A stretch of DNA of 63,440 nucleotides, the filler included. It is 6 parts of 6 records of this genome, joined end to end, with 100 filler letters (N's around TTAATTAATTAA, not from the genome) between each part and the next. Parts side by side here need not be neighbours in the genome. Positions count along the whole stretch, not along the records: positions 1 to 16,102 come from SRR31156797_138; positions 16,203 to 25,248 come from SRR31156797_140; 4 more parts are not named here. One strand, given 5' to 3'. Positions 9,442 to 20,890 of this stretch are shown one piece after another. A program made the translations under genes and the position numbers. The notes beneath the pieces were generated by a model that worked only from the letters and a program-made list of their open reading frames with translations, did no database searches and was not told the origin of the DNA. Positions within the stretch are counted from its first letter, which is position 1; every line of letters starts with the position of its first letter.

Positions 9442-10914
9442 ATGACAGAAAATATAGTTCAAGAATCTTCATCAACAGAAGTTTTTTCTCTTTTAGATGG
9501 CATAGTAGCACAAACTAAACTATCACAAGAGGATGAATCTTATGGTGTAGTAAAATCAGGTGTTGGTGCTTTAATTGAAGAGTTAATCAAATCTGATAAC
9601 GAAGAAGAAAAAGTAAATAAATCAATTATTGATAAAATGATTGCTGAAATTGATGAAAAAATTTCTGCACAAATGGATGAGATTCTACACCATGAACAAT
9701 TTCAATCTTTAGAGTCAAAATGGAAAGGTCTATATATGTTAGTTGAAAGAACTGACTTTAGACAAAATATCCAAATGGAAATTATAAATGTCTCAAAAGA
9801 AGAATTAATTGAGGATTTTGAAGATTGCTTAGATATAACTCAATCTGGTCTTTATAAACATGTGTATACAAGTGGATATGGGCAATTTGGTGGAGAACCT
9901 GTAGGAACTATTATTGCAGATTATCAGCTTTCACCTTCAAATGTTGATATGAAATTTTTAAACAAAGTTGCTTCAATCTCAGCAATGGCTCACGCACCTT
10001 TTATTGCGGCAGCGGGACCTAGATTTTTTGGATTAGAAAGTTTTGAGGGACTTCCAGACTTAAAAGACATAGAAGATGTAATGAATTCACCACAATATGC
10101 AGCTTGGAAAGGCTTTAGACAAAATGAAGATTCTAGATATGTTGGGTTAACGCTACCTAGATTTTTATTAAGAGCTCCATATGATCCAGAAGATAATCCA
10201 ATTTCAAATTTTGTATATAAAGAGGATGTATCAAAAAACCACGAGCATTATTTGTGGGGAAATACAGTTTATGCTTTTGCAAGTAAATTAACAAACAGTT
10301 TTGCAAACTTTAGATGGTGCACTAATATTATTGGACCAAAATCTGGAGGGGAAGTAAGAGATTTACCTGTTCATACTTTTGAAAGTATGGGTGATATTGA
10401 GATGAAAATCCCTACAGAAGTATTAGTTTCAGATAGAAGAGAATATGAGTTGTCAGAGCAAGGGTTTATTCCTTTAATTATGAGAAAAGGTAGTAATTCT
10501 GCTGCATTTTTTGCTGCAAGTTCAGCTCAAGTTCCTAAAATATTCCCTGATACTAAAGAGGGAAATGAAGCAGCACTTAATTATAAATTAGGAACACAAC
10601 TTCCTTATTTATTTGCAATTACAAGAATGTCTCACTATATAAAAGTTCTTCAAAGAGAACATATTGGTTCTTGGAGAGAAAGAGCAGATTTAGAAAGAGA
10701 ATTAAATAGATGGGCTAAACAATATGTTGCGAATCAAGAAAATCCTAGTGCAGAGATTAGAAGTAAAAAACCTTTTAAAGATATTGCAATAGATGTTGAA
10801 GATGTTGACAATGATCCAGGTTGGTATAAAGTAAAAATATCGTTAAGACCTCACTTTAAATATATGGGTGCAAGTTTCGAATTATCATTAGTTGGAAAAC
10901 TAGATAAAGAGTAA
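9442..10914 (+). CDS. tssC: T6SS contractile sheath large subunit
   Basis: ILHHEQFQSLES.W, YGQFGGEP, HAPFI, LPRFLLRAPY and RPHFKYMG motifs. Confidence 0.96.
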   Translation: MTENIVQESSSTEVFSLLDGIVAQTKLSQEDESYGVVKSGVGALIEELIKSDNEEEKVNKSIIDKMIAEIDEKISAQMDEILHHEQFQSLESKWKGLYMLVERTDFRQNIQMEIINVSKEELIEDFEDCLDITQSGLYKHVYTSGYGQFGGEPVGTIIADYQLSPSNVDMKFLNKVASISAMAHAPFIAAAGPRFFGLESFEGLPDLKDIEDVMNSPQYAAWKGFRQNEDSRYVGLTLPRFLLRAPYDPEDNPISNFVYKEDVSKNHEHYLWGNTVYAFASKLTNSFANFRWCTNIIGPKSGGEVRDLPVHTFESMGDIEMKIPTEVLVSDRREYELSEQGFIPLIMRKGSNSAAFFAASSAQVPKIFPDTKEGNEAALNYKLGTQLPYLFAITRMSHYIKVLQREHIGSWRERADLERELNRWAKQYVANQENPSAEIRSKKPFKDIAIDVEDVDNDPGWYKVKISLRPHFKYMGASFELSLVGKLDKE

Positions 10915-10917
10915 TTT

Positions 10918-11340
10918 ATGAAGCCATTTAAAGGAAGTCTATTTGAAAGATTAAATTCAGAGTTTGATTATAAACAATATGAAACAAATGAGGAAGCATT
11001 ATATGCGTCAATTGCAAATAATCTATCAAGAATTTTTTCTACAAATGCAGGCAGTTGTGAAATTGCAAATGATTATGGACGACCTGATTTAAATAATATA
11101 AATCTAAGCATGAAAGACTCTATTGAAAAAATAGAGTTTTCTTGTGAACAATGTATAAAAAAGTATGAACCAAGACTTTACAAAACAAGAATTGGGGTGT
11201 CAAGAGAAAGATTAGCTGTAAACCAAATGAATATAAATATCGAAGGCTATTTACTTATTGATGGAAAAACTAAAAAAATAAATTTTAAAGCTGATTTATT
11301 AAAAAATGGGAAAGTGAAAATATACAAAGATGGTATTTAA
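10918..11340 (+). CDS. tssE: T6SS baseplate subunit (gp25-like)
   Basis: SLFERL, DYGRPDL and IKKYEPRL motifs; position between tssC and tssF. Confidence 0.9.
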   Translation: MKPFKGSLFERLNSEFDYKQYETNEEALYASIANNLSRIFSTNAGSCEIANDYGRPDLNNINLSMKDSIEKIEFSCEQCIKKYEPRLYKTRIGVSRERLAVNQMNINIEGYLLIDGKTKKINFKADLLKNGKVKIYKDGI

Positions 11341-13105
11341 TGACTATTATAAAAAAGAATTAATTGCATTAAGAGCAAATGGAGCAGAATTTTCTAGAAA
11401 AAATCCTGGCTTATCAAGTTTTTTATCAAAAGAGGGGCAAGACCCAGATGTTGAAAGATTACTTGAAGGTTTCGCTTTTTTAACAGGAAGGTTACAACAA
11501 CAACTTGATAAAGAGTTGCCAGAAGTTGCACATACATTGGTTGAATTACTTTGGCCAAGTTATACAAGACCTATACCATCATTTAGTATTATCCAGTTTG
11601 ATTCAATAAAGGATTCTTGTGAAAATACAAAAATAGAAAAAAATAGTGAGGTTTTAAGTAAAGTAAAACCTGATGCAATACAATGCAGATTTAGAACTGT
11701 TTATGATACTTTGGTGATGCCACTTGGTTTGAAAAACTTAGATTATCATATTTATGGTAAACGAAGTACTTTAGAATTGAATATGGCTATGAGTACAGCT
11801 GGAAATTTAAGTGATTTAGTATTTAGAAATCTACGAATATATTTAAGCGGTTCTAAGTTTGTTGCACAAGATTTATATCTATATTTAACAAGGTTTGTTG
11901 AAAGTATTGAGATTATAATAAATGATTCTGAAAAGAAAACATTAAGTGAAATTAAAATAGATAAAAACTCAATCAAACCAATTGGATTTAGTACCTTAGA
12001 TTCTTTGACTCCCCAACCTTTAAATATATTTGATGGATATTTTTTGTTGCAAGATTTTTTCTGTTTTAAAGATAAATTTTTATTTATTGATATTCTCAAC
12101 CTTGAACAAATAAAAAATCTACCTGATGAAATTTTATCTCAAAGTAGAGATTTTACAATCAAAATAAATTTATTAAAAAAAATGTCTCAATCAAATCTAC
12201 CACAAAAAGAAAACTTTTCTTTATATTGCACTCCAATAGTTAATATTTTTGAAGCAGATGCCGTTCCAATAAGAAAAAACCAAGAGATAAGTGAGTTTTT
12301 AGTTATACCAGCAGATTTGGATAAAAATCATAGTGAAGTTTTTTCTATAGAGCAAGTAAGAGGGTGGATTTCAAAGAAAAACACTTATCAAAATTATCTG
12401 CCTTTTGAGGCTTTCGAGCATCTCGATGATGATAATGAATATTTTTCAACAAGAACAAAACTCTCTGATGATGGTGAAAGAACAAATACTTATTTAAGGT
12501 TTTCAAATACATTTGAGGATGAAGATGCTTTTTCTAAAACAAATTCAACTGTATCAGTAAAAATACATTGTACAAATAAAGATGTTCCTTCAACACTACT
12601 ATTAGGAGATATATCTATTATAAATGCACTTTCAAATGCAGGAAATGTAAGTTTTAAAAATATTACTATCCCAACTATAAGTTATCCTCCACCTCTTGAA
12701 GGTGATTTTTTATGGAGAGTTATTTCAAATATGTCTTTAAATTATTTATCTCTAAATGACATAAAAACTTTAAGAACAATTCTTGAAACATATGATTTCT
12801 TTGGAGCTTATGATGTCAAACAAAAAGAAAAAACATCTATGATTTTAAAAGGTATTGAAAGTATTTCATATGAAACATGCGAAATGATAGATAAGGGATT
12901 GCCAATAAGAGGTATGCATATTATGTTAAAAATGAATCCTAGCAAGTTCTCATGTGTTGGTGAAGCATATTTATTTTCTTCTGTACTAAACGAATTTTTT
13001 TCTTTATATAGCAATATAAACTCTTTTCATATTTTAAGTGTTGATATTTTAAATGAAGAACTAATCAAATGGAAGCCTAGAATGGGTTCTTTAGAGCTGA
13101 TATAA
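11330..13105 (+). CDS. tssF: T6SS baseplate subunit TssF
   Basis: DPDVERLLEGFAFLTGRL, LWPSYTRPIPS and LYCTPIVNIF motifs. Confidence 0.95.
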   Translation: MVFNDYYKKELIALRANGAEFSRKNPGLSSFLSKEGQDPDVERLLEGFAFLTGRLQQQLDKELPEVAHTLVELLWPSYTRPIPSFSIIQFDSIKDSCENTKIEKNSEVLSKVKPDAIQCRFRTVYDTLVMPLGLKNLDYHIYGKRSTLELNMAMSTAGNLSDLVFRNLRIYLSGSKFVAQDLYLYLTRFVESIEIIINDSEKKTLSEIKIDKNSIKPIGFSTLDSLTPQPLNIFDGYFLLQDFFCFKDKFLFIDILNLEQIKNLPDEILSQSRDFTIKINLLKKMSQSNLPQKENFSLYCTPIVNIFEADAVPIRKNQEISEFLVIPADLDKNHSEVFSIEQVRGWISKKNTYQNYLPFEAFEHLDDDNEYFSTRTKLSDDGERTNTYLRFSNTFEDEDAFSKTNSTVSVKIHCTNKDVPSTLLLGDISIINALSNAGNVSFKNITIPTISYPPPLEGDFLWRVISNMSLNYLSLNDIKTLRTILETYDFFGAYDVKQKEKTSMILKGIESISYETCEMIDKGLPIRGMHIMLKMNPSKFSCVGEAYLFSSVLNEFFSLYSNINSFHILSVDILNEELIKWKPRMGSLELI

Positions 13106-13117
13106 GGAGAACTAAAT

Positions 13118-14098
13118 TTGACACAATTAGATATTATTAACAATAAAGTCAATGATTCTATAAGGAAAACAACTCTTCCTCAGGCTATTAGAACAACTTG
13201 TATTTATTTAAAAAAATTTTATCCAAATGAAAATTTTGAAGAGTTATATAAAAAGATTAGATTTAAGTCAAATACAAGCTTGTCTTTTCAAAAATCTGAG
13301 ATTGATAATATAAACTTTTTAGAAGAAGAAAAAAATGTAATCGCCGTTATAAAGTTAAACTTTTTAGGTATTTTTGGAAGTTCATCTCCTCTTCCTTCTC
13401 ACTATAGTGAAATGGTATTAAAAAGTATAGATGAAGATATGGTTTTGCATGACTTCTTGAATATTTTTAATCACCATTTACAAAAATTTGTATATCCAAT
13501 TTGGGAAAAGCATAGATACTATATTCAGTATAAAAAAGATTTAAGTGATAAGTTTTCAAAGTATGTATTGTCTTTTTTAGGTTTAAATTTTGTGGATATA
13601 GAAAATAGCAAATTAGATTTACAAAAATTGATTCCTTGCATAGGAATCTTAAGTATGAAACATAAATCAGCAGGTACATTAAAAGCAATTTTAAAACACT
13701 ATTTATCCCATGATGATATAGAAATAATCCAATGTATACCTGCTAAATATAATATCCCCTTATGGCAATACTCATCGCTGGGGGAATCAAATATTAGTTT
13801 AGGTGCAGACTTTTTAATTGGTGAATCAATCATAAGCAAAAATATAAAATTTAGAATTTTACTTAAAAATATAAAAGCTGAGGAGATTCTAAAATACAGT
13901 ATTTTAGGGGAAAAATTAAGTCAAGTTAGAGATATAGTCTCCTTCTCACTAAAAGAGCCTTTAGAATATGAAGTGTCTTTAGAAGTAAAAAAGGAAGAAA
14001 AACAGAAATTATTGCTAAATAGTTCAAATGGAAAATATTTAGGAATAAATTCATGGATTGGTGATTCTTCATTTGATGAAGAAATAATAATGGTATAA
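13118..14098 (+). CDS. tssG: T6SS baseplate subunit TssG
   Basis: NFLGIFGSSSPLPSHY, DFLNIFNH and LGINSWIG motifs. Confidence 0.93.
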   Translation: MTQLDIINNKVNDSIRKTTLPQAIRTTCIYLKKFYPNENFEELYKKIRFKSNTSLSFQKSEIDNINFLEEEKNVIAVIKLNFLGIFGSSSPLPSHYSEMVLKSIDEDMVLHDFLNIFNHHLQKFVYPIWEKHRYYIQYKKDLSDKFSKYVLSFLGLNFVDIENSKLDLQKLIPCIGILSMKHKSAGTLKAILKHYLSHDDIEIIQCIPAKYNIPLWQYSSLGESNISLGADFLIGESIISKNIKFRILLKNIKAEEILKYSILGEKLSQVRDIVSFSLKEPLEYEVSLEVKKEEKQKLLLNSSNGKYLGINSWIGDSSFDEEIIMV

Positions 14099-14107
14099 GG
14101 GTAGAGA

Positions 14108-16102
14108 ATGAAATTAGAGTTAAAAGATTTAGTAAATTCATTAGATTTAAATACAAAAAAATATCTAGAACAAGCAGCACAAAGATGCGTTCAAAGAGGA
14201 GGTAGTGAGATAATAATAGAGGATGTTCTTTATAGTATGTTAGAGAATTCTTCAAGTGTCTTTAGAGCTGTTTTAGAACAATATAAAATCGATTTTCAAG
14301 AAGTTTTTAATGCAGTACAAGCTAGTACAAAACAAAGTAGTACAGAAAGTGGAAACCCAATATTCTCAAATATTTTAGTTCAATGGTTAGAGGACTCTTA
14401 TTTGACAAGTAAAGTTTCACTTTCATTAAATGAAATAACCGAATCTTCATTGATTCTTTCATTATTTGATAATGGAATAAAATATTCAAATACTGCATAT
14501 TTCAAACACTTGAAACAAATCGATTTTGAGGAAGTTAAAAGTTTAATTATTGGTTTGAATGATGAAGCAATTGATAAAATATCATCACAAAATGGTACAG
14601 AAAAAAAAGTACAAAAAGGTTCAGAGTTAGAAAAATATACTACAAACTTGACTTCTTTAGCAAAAGAAGGAAAAATTGACCCTGTCTTATGTAGAGATGA
14701 AGAGATAAAACAAGCAGTTGATATTCTACTTAGAAGAAGAAAAAATAATCCTATTTTAGTGGGCGAAGCGGGTGTTGGGAAAACAGCAGTTGTAGAAGGA
14801 TTAGCTTTAAAAATTATTGAAAAAGAAGTTCCTGATTATTTATACAATGCGCAGATTTTATCTTTAGATGTTGGCGCATTACAAGCTGGAGCTAGTGTAA
14901 AAGGTGAGTTTGAAAGAAGACTACAAGCTGTAATAAAAGAGATACAATCAAGTACACAATTTATTATTCTTTTTATAGATGAAGCACATACATTAATTGG
15001 TGCAGGGGGAAATGAAGGTGGCTCAGATGCTGCAAATCTACTTAAACCAGCTCTTGCAAGGGGAGAACTAAGAACAATTGCTGCAACAACATGGTTAGAG
15101 TATAGAAAATATTTTGAAAAAGACCCTGCCTTATCTAGAAGATTTCAAAAAATAAACTTGTTAGAACCAACTGTTGATGATGCAATAACAATCTTACGAG
15201 GTATTGCAAATAAATATGAAGATGTTCATAATGTTTATATTGAAGATGAAGCATTAAGAGCTGCAGCAATATTATCAGCAAGATATATTACCGGTAGGCA
15301 ACTTCCTGATAAAGCAATTGATGTATTAGATACAGCTTGTGCAAATGTAAAAATTAGTAAAACAAATATCCCTCATGAATTACAAAAAATAAAAACAAAA
15401 ATACTTGAAAAAGAAAGAGAATTAAAACATTTAAAAAGAGATGATGAAAAATCAATTCAGGATTATTCAAAGGTTATATCTTTACTAGAATTAGAGATAA
15501 AAGAGTTACAAGTTACTAAAGAACTAATAGAAGAAAACTGGATATCTCAAAAAGAGCTTTTAGAAAAAATAGAAAATACTATAGAAAAAGAAGAACTTTC
15601 ACTTTTGCAAGAAGAGTTAAAAGAGTTGCAAAAAGAAAGAAGTTATATCTATAAACATGTAACTAAAGAACAAATAGCAGAAGTTATTTCATCTTGGACA
15701 GGAATACCTCTAGGAAATATGGTTCAAGAACAAATAAAAACTGTAATGGAACTTGAATATAAGATGAAAGAAAGAATAATAGGTCAAGATGAAGCAATAT
15801 CTTATCTAAATACTTTTCTACAAATATCAGTTTCAGGATTGAAAAATGAAAATTCTCCAGCGGGAGTTTTTTTACTTGTTGGACCAAGTGGTGTCGGTAA
15901 AACAGAAACAGCTAGAGCAATTGCAGAGTTGATGTATGGCGGTGAAAGATTTATTACAACAATAAATATGACAGAGTTTCAAGAAAAGCATACTGTATCT
16001 AGACTCATTGGTTCTCCTCCTGGGTATGTAGGTTATGGAGAAGGTGGACAATTAACTGATCCTGTAAGAGTAAAACCTTATTCTGTTGTTCTTTTAGATG
16101 AA
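14108..16102 (+). CDS. tssH: T6SS AAA+ ATPase ClpV (3'-truncated by contig end)
   Basis: Two Walker A motifs ([16 protein letters not shown]); [18 protein letters not shown] and [10 protein letters not shown]; follows tssG. Confidence 0.92.
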
Positions 16103-16202
16103 NNNNNNNNNNNNNNNNNNNNNNNNNNNNNNNNNNNNNNNNNNNNTTAATTAATTAANNNNNNNNNNNNNNNNNNNNNNNNNNNNNNNNNNNNNNNNNN
16201 NN
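16103..16202. other. Artificial contig linker
   Basis: N-run, TTAATTAATTAA (stops in all six frames), N-run. Confidence 0.98.
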
Positions 16203-16292
16203 ACTAACTATTTTTATGATTTAGAGAAAAAGAAAAAATAATCATTTTGTAACTTTTATTCTCTATAATCTATAACAAAAAAAGTGATTAAC

Positions 16293-17756
16293 ATGAGTAC
16301 AAAAAACAACCTATGCGATTTTATTTTATTTGGTGGTCATGGAGACTTGGCATTTAGGAAACTAATGCCAGCTCTTTACCACTTATGTAAAGATGGTTAT
16401 TTAGCTCAAGAGAGTAGAATAATTACAGTATCAAGAAGAGATATTTCAAATAACAAACATATCGAACTTGTAAAAGAAAAACTAATAGAGTTTTTACCTG
16501 AGGGAAGCTTCACAGAAGAAGACTTTAAAAGGTTTGAAAAAAAACTGATTTTAGTAACAGTAGACTTTTCATCTAATGAAGGATATGAAAAACTACAAAA
16601 AGTTTTAGATATAAAACCTAATAGAGAAAGAGTAAATTACTTATCCACGTCCCCTAAATTTTTTGGAAATATCTGCGCATCCTTGTCAAAATGGAATTTG
16701 ATAACAGATAATTCAAGAGTTGTTTTAGAAAAACCTTTAGGTAAAGATTTAAAATCTTCTCAAGAAATAAATAAAAAAGTTCTAGAATATTTCAAAGAAG
16801 AACATATATATAGAATAGACCATTACTTAGGTAAAGATACTGTACAAAATATTATGGCATTGAGATTTTCAAATAGACTTTTTGTACATTTATGGAGTTC
16901 AAACCATATAGACCATGTTCAAATTACTGTAGCCGAAAGTATTGGAGCAGAAGGTAGATGGGATTATTATAATGAATATGGTGCATTAAGAGATATGATA
17001 CAAAACCACTTGATGCAGTTATTATGTTTAATAGCTATGGAACCACCTTGCTCTTTAGATTCAAGTGATGTTAGAGATGAAAAAGTAAAAGTTCTAAAAA
17101 CACTAAGACCAATAACTCCTTCTGATATTGCAAGTAAAACAGTTAGAGCTCAATACACAGCTGGCTCTTCTATGGGAGAGTCAGTTCCTGGATATTTAGA
17201 TGGTGAAGTAAAACAAAGCAATACTGAAACCTTTGCGGCGATAAGAGTTGATATAGATAACTGGAGATGGAATGGTGTTCCTTTTTATATAAGAAGTGGA
17301 AAAAGAATGCAACAAAGAAACTCAGAGATTGCAATCCAGTTTAAAACTATGCCTCACTCAATTTTTGCAGAAAATAACAGTAGTTCTATAGTAGACAACA
17401 AACTTGTAATTAAACTTCAACCTGAAGAGAGTATTGAACTTAGACTTATGAATAAAATTCCAGGACTAAGTGAAACAATGCAGTTGCAAGAAGTAAACCT
17501 AGAACTAAATGCACCTCATACAGATAAAAGAAAGCCAGATGCATATGAAAGATTGATATTAGATGTAATTAGAGCAAATTCAACTTTATTTATGAGACTA
17601 GATGAGGTTGAAGCTGCTTGGAGATGGGCTGACCCAATACTAGAAGGTTGGGCAAACAACCTTGTTCCTATGAAAAAGTATACATCTGGAACAGATGGTC
17701 CAACTGCAGCAGTACAATTAATCGCACAAGATGGAAGAAGTTGGAACGATGAATAA
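16293..17756 (+). CDS. zwf: Glucose-6-phosphate 1-dehydrogenase
   Basis: FGGHGDLA.RKL, EKPLG, RIDHYLGK and RDMIQNHL motifs. Confidence 0.96.
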   Translation: MSTKNNLCDFILFGGHGDLAFRKLMPALYHLCKDGYLAQESRIITVSRRDISNNKHIELVKEKLIEFLPEGSFTEEDFKRFEKKLILVTVDFSSNEGYEKLQKVLDIKPNRERVNYLSTSPKFFGNICASLSKWNLITDNSRVVLEKPLGKDLKSSQEINKKVLEYFKEEHIYRIDHYLGKDTVQNIMALRFSNRLFVHLWSSNHIDHVQITVAESIGAEGRWDYYNEYGALRDMIQNHLMQLLCLIAMEPPCSLDSSDVRDEKVKVLKTLRPITPSDIASKTVRAQYTAGSSMGESVPGYLDGEVKQSNTETFAAIRVDIDNWRWNGVPFYIRSGKRMQQRNSEIAIQFKTMPHSIFAENNSSSIVDNKLVIKLQPEESIELRLMNKIPGLSETMQLQEVNLELNAPHTDKRKPDAYERLILDVIRANSTLFMRLDEVEAAWRWADPILEGWANNLVPMKKYTSGTDGPTAAVQLIAQDGRSWNDE

Positions 17757-18441
17757 TCTAAATAGCTTTTCAACAAAAGAGGAACTACTTGAAGTTTTGT
17801 CTTCAAATATTATAAAAATACTTCAAGAAAGTATTGATAAAAAAGGTAAGGCAACTATCCTTTTGTCAGGGGGAAATACTCCTAAACCTTTATTGGAAAA
17901 GTTATCGAAGTGTGATTTAGATTGGGAAAAAGTTTTCGTAGCTTTAGTTGATGAAAGATGGGTTTCTCACCTACATCATGATAGTAATGAAAAGCTTGTA
18001 GAAACTTACTTGCTACAAAATAAAGCAAAAAAAGCTACATTTACAGGAATGTATATTGATGGTAAAACAGCAATTGAAGCAGAAAAAACTTGTAGTAAGA
18101 TATACAAACAAAAACTTTTTCCTTTTGATCTCGTTATTTTAGGTATGGGTTCAGACTCTCATACAGCTTCTCTTTTCCCTCAAAATGAAAGGTTATCAGA
18201 GGCTTATGATTTAGAAAATGAAAATTTGTGTATAGCCATAAAACCAAAAACTGCTCCGCACGATAGAATGAGTTTAACATTGATGGGAATTTTAAGTGCA
18301 GAAAATATAATTCTTCATATTGAAGGGGAAGAAAAACTAAAAGTGTATGAAGAAGCTTTAGTTTCTGATGATATATTTAAAACTCCAATTAGTGCTGTGC
18401 TAAACAATAATAAAACGAAAGTAGAGGTTTACCACGCATGA
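17749..18441 (+). CDS. pgl: 6-phosphogluconolactonase
   Basis: LSGGNTP, DERWV and LGMGSDSHTASLFP motifs. Confidence 0.95.
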   Translation: MNNLNSFSTKEELLEVLSSNIIKILQESIDKKGKATILLSGGNTPKPLLEKLSKCDLDWEKVFVALVDERWVSHLHHDSNEKLVETYLLQNKAKKATFTGMYIDGKTAIEAEKTCSKIYKQKLFPFDLVILGMGSDSHTASLFPQNERLSEAYDLENENLCIAIKPKTAPHDRMSLTLMGILSAENIILHIEGEEKLKVYEEALVSDDIFKTPISAVLNNNKTKVEVYHA

Positions 18442-20258
18442 ATGAAATAATCAAAAAAGTAACCGAAAACATAGTTGAAAGATCAAAACCAAGTAGAGAT
18501 ATATATCTTAAAAGGATGAGTGAAGCAAAGAGCAAAGAAGTAACTAGACAACATGTAAGTTGTAGTAACTTAGCTCACGCAATGGCACCACTTAACAATG
18601 ATGAAAAAAAATCAATAACAGATATGCGTAATCCAAATATGGCAATTATCACTGCTTATAACGATATGCTATCTGCCCATGAACCTTTTAGTGTTTATCC
18701 ATCATTATTAAAAAGAACACTTCTATATAGAGGAGCAACAGCACAAGTTGCAGGTGGAGTTCCTGCAATGTGTGATGGAGTTACTCAATCTCAACCAGGA
18801 ATGGAGTTATCACTTTTTAGTCGAGATAATATTGCAATGGGAACTGCAATAGGATTATCTCATAATGTATATGATGGAGCATTTTACTTAGGTGTTTGTG
18901 ACAAGATTGTACCAGGTCTTTTAATTGGGGCTTTATCTTTTGGACATCTTCCTGGAATATTTGTGTCTGCAGGACCTATGCCTTCTGGAATCTCAAATTC
19001 TGAAAAAGCAAAAATAAGACAAGAGTATGCCTTGGGAAAAGTGGGGAAAGATAAACTTCTAGAAGCTGAATCTTCATCTTATCATAGTAGTGGTACTTGT
19101 ACCTTTTATGGAACAGCAAACTCAAATCAAATGCTTTTAGAGATGATGGGACTTCAACTTCCAAATAGTTCTTTTGTAAATACAAATACACCTCTAAGAG
19201 ATGCTTTAACTCAAGAAGCAGCAATAAAACTTTTAGCTTTAGTTGAAAATAAAATATCTATATCTGATATAGTAGATGAAAAAAGTTTTGTAAATGCGAT
19301 TATTGGTTTAATGGCAACGGGTGGTTCAAGCAACCATACAATACATCTAATAGCTATGGCTAAAGCAGCGGGAATAGTTCTAACTTGGGATGATTTTGAT
19401 GCAATATCAAAGGTTATTCCTCTTTTATGTAAAATGTATCCAAATGGAAGTGCTGATGTAAATCATTTTAGAGATGCAGGTGGAATGAGTGTTGTTATCG
19501 CACAACTTTTAGAAGCAGGCCTTGTTCACAATGATGTAAATACAGTTATTGGTTCAGGACTTGAAAAGTATATAGTAGAGCCAAAACTTGTAACTACAGA
19601 ACTTGTATTTGAAAAAGGAGCAACAATATCAAGAAATGATGAGGTTGTTTCTTCATATAAAACACCTTTCTCAAAAGAGGGAGGATTAAAACTTCTAACA
19701 GGAAATATAGGAAGAAGTGTTATTAAAACATCTGCACTAAAAGAGGAGCAAATGTTTATAGAAGCTCCAGCAATAGTGTTTGAGTCACAAGAACAATTAC
19801 AACAAGAGTTCAAAGAAAATAAACTTGAAAAAGACTTTATTGCAGTTGTTAGAAATCAAGGACCAAGTGCAAATGGAATGCCTGAACTTCACGGATTGAT
19901 GCCCCCATTAGGAGCTTTACAAGATAAAGGTTTCAAAGTAGCAATTCTAACAGATGGAAGAATGTCAGGAGCCTCAGGGAAAGTTCCTTCTGCAATACAT
20001 CTTGTTCCAGAAGCTTCAAAAGGTGGAGTTATCTCAAAAATTAAAACAGGTGACATCATCAAGTTTGATATAAACAATGGCGAAGTAACACTTTTAGTTG
20101 ATGAAGAGGAACTAAAACAAAGAGAAACTGCAAATGTAGACTTATCTAAAAATAGATATGCAGTTGGAAGAGAACTCTTCTCTACAATAAGAGAAAATGT
20201 GTGTAGTGCAGAAGAGGGTGGTTCAATTTTTAATCTAGTAGGAAAGGAGAAAGCATGA
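18438..20258 (+). CDS. edd: Phosphogluconate dehydratase
   Basis: YNDMLSAH, AMCDGVTQ, CDKIVPG and TDGRMSGASG motifs. Confidence 0.96.
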   Translation: MNEIIKKVTENIVERSKPSRDIYLKRMSEAKSKEVTRQHVSCSNLAHAMAPLNNDEKKSITDMRNPNMAIITAYNDMLSAHEPFSVYPSLLKRTLLYRGATAQVAGGVPAMCDGVTQSQPGMELSLFSRDNIAMGTAIGLSHNVYDGAFYLGVCDKIVPGLLIGALSFGHLPGIFVSAGPMPSGISNSEKAKIRQEYALGKVGKDKLLEAESSSYHSSGTCTFYGTANSNQMLLEMMGLQLPNSSFVNTNTPLRDALTQEAAIKLLALVENKISISDIVDEKSFVNAIIGLMATGGSSNHTIHLIAMAKAAGIVLTWDDFDAISKVIPLLCKMYPNGSADVNHFRDAGGMSVVIAQLLEAGLVHNDVNTVIGSGLEKYIVEPKLVTTELVFEKGATISRNDEVVSSYKTPFSKEGGLKLLTGNIGRSVIKTSALKEEQMFIEAPAIVFESQEQLQQEFKENKLEKDFIAVVRNQGPSANGMPELHGLMPPLGALQDKGFKVAILTDGRMSGASGKVPSAIHLVPEASKGGVISKIKTGDIIKFDINNGEVTLLVDEEELKQRETANVDLSKNRYAVGRELFSTIRENVCSAEEGGSIFNLVGKEKA

Positions 20259-20881
20259 ATGCAAAAGAAGTAATGGAGATATCTCCAATTGTTCCAGTAA
20301 TAGCAATAGATAATCTAGAAGATGCACTTCCTTTAGCAAAGGCATTGCAAGATGGTGGAGTAAATATCATGGAGATAACTTTAAGAACTCCAGCAGGGAT
20401 AAAAGCAATAGAACTTATATCTAAAGAGATGCCATCTATGAATGTTGGAGCAGGAACTGTTTGTAATGAAGTTGATTTAATAAATGCAAAAACAGCTGGT
20501 GCAAAGTTTGTATTTTCTCCTGGAATATCTCAAGAGTTGATTGATGCATCTATTAAATACGACATAACTTTAATCCCAGGAGTTGCAACTTCTAGTGAGG
20601 TTATGCTTGCTCAAAATAATAGTTTATTTTATTGTAAATTGTTTCCAGCAACACTAAGTGGTGGAGTTGATATCTTAAAAGCTTTTGCTGGTCCCTTCGC
20701 AAAAATGAACTTTTGCCCTACTGGTGGGGTTAATTTATATAATTTAAATCATTTTTTAAAATTAAAAAATGTATTATGCGTCGGCGGAACTTGGTTCGTA
20801 CCTAAAGACGCAATAAATAAAAAAGATTTTGCAAAAATTACAAAGCTGTGTGTTGAGGCTATAAAAAGTATTAATAAATAA
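20255..20881 (+). CDS. eda: KDPG/KHG aldolase
   Basis: EITLRT, VGAGTV, KLFPA and FCPTGG motifs. Confidence 0.96.
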   Translation: MNAKEVMEISPIVPVIAIDNLEDALPLAKALQDGGVNIMEITLRTPAGIKAIELISKEMPSMNVGAGTVCNEVDLINAKTAGAKFVFSPGISQELIDASIKYDITLIPGVATSSEVMLAQNNSLFYCKLFPATLSGGVDILKAFAGPFAKMNFCPTGGVNLYNLNHFLKLKNVLCVGGTWFVPKDAINKKDFAKITKLCVEAIKSINK

Positions 20882-20890
20882 GGGGAAAGA

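Noticed and set aside
14108-16102. Housekeeping clpB
   Set aside because: Operonic position after tssG, the ATTWLEY and GRQLPDKA variants, and a ClpV-type N-terminus favour tssH.
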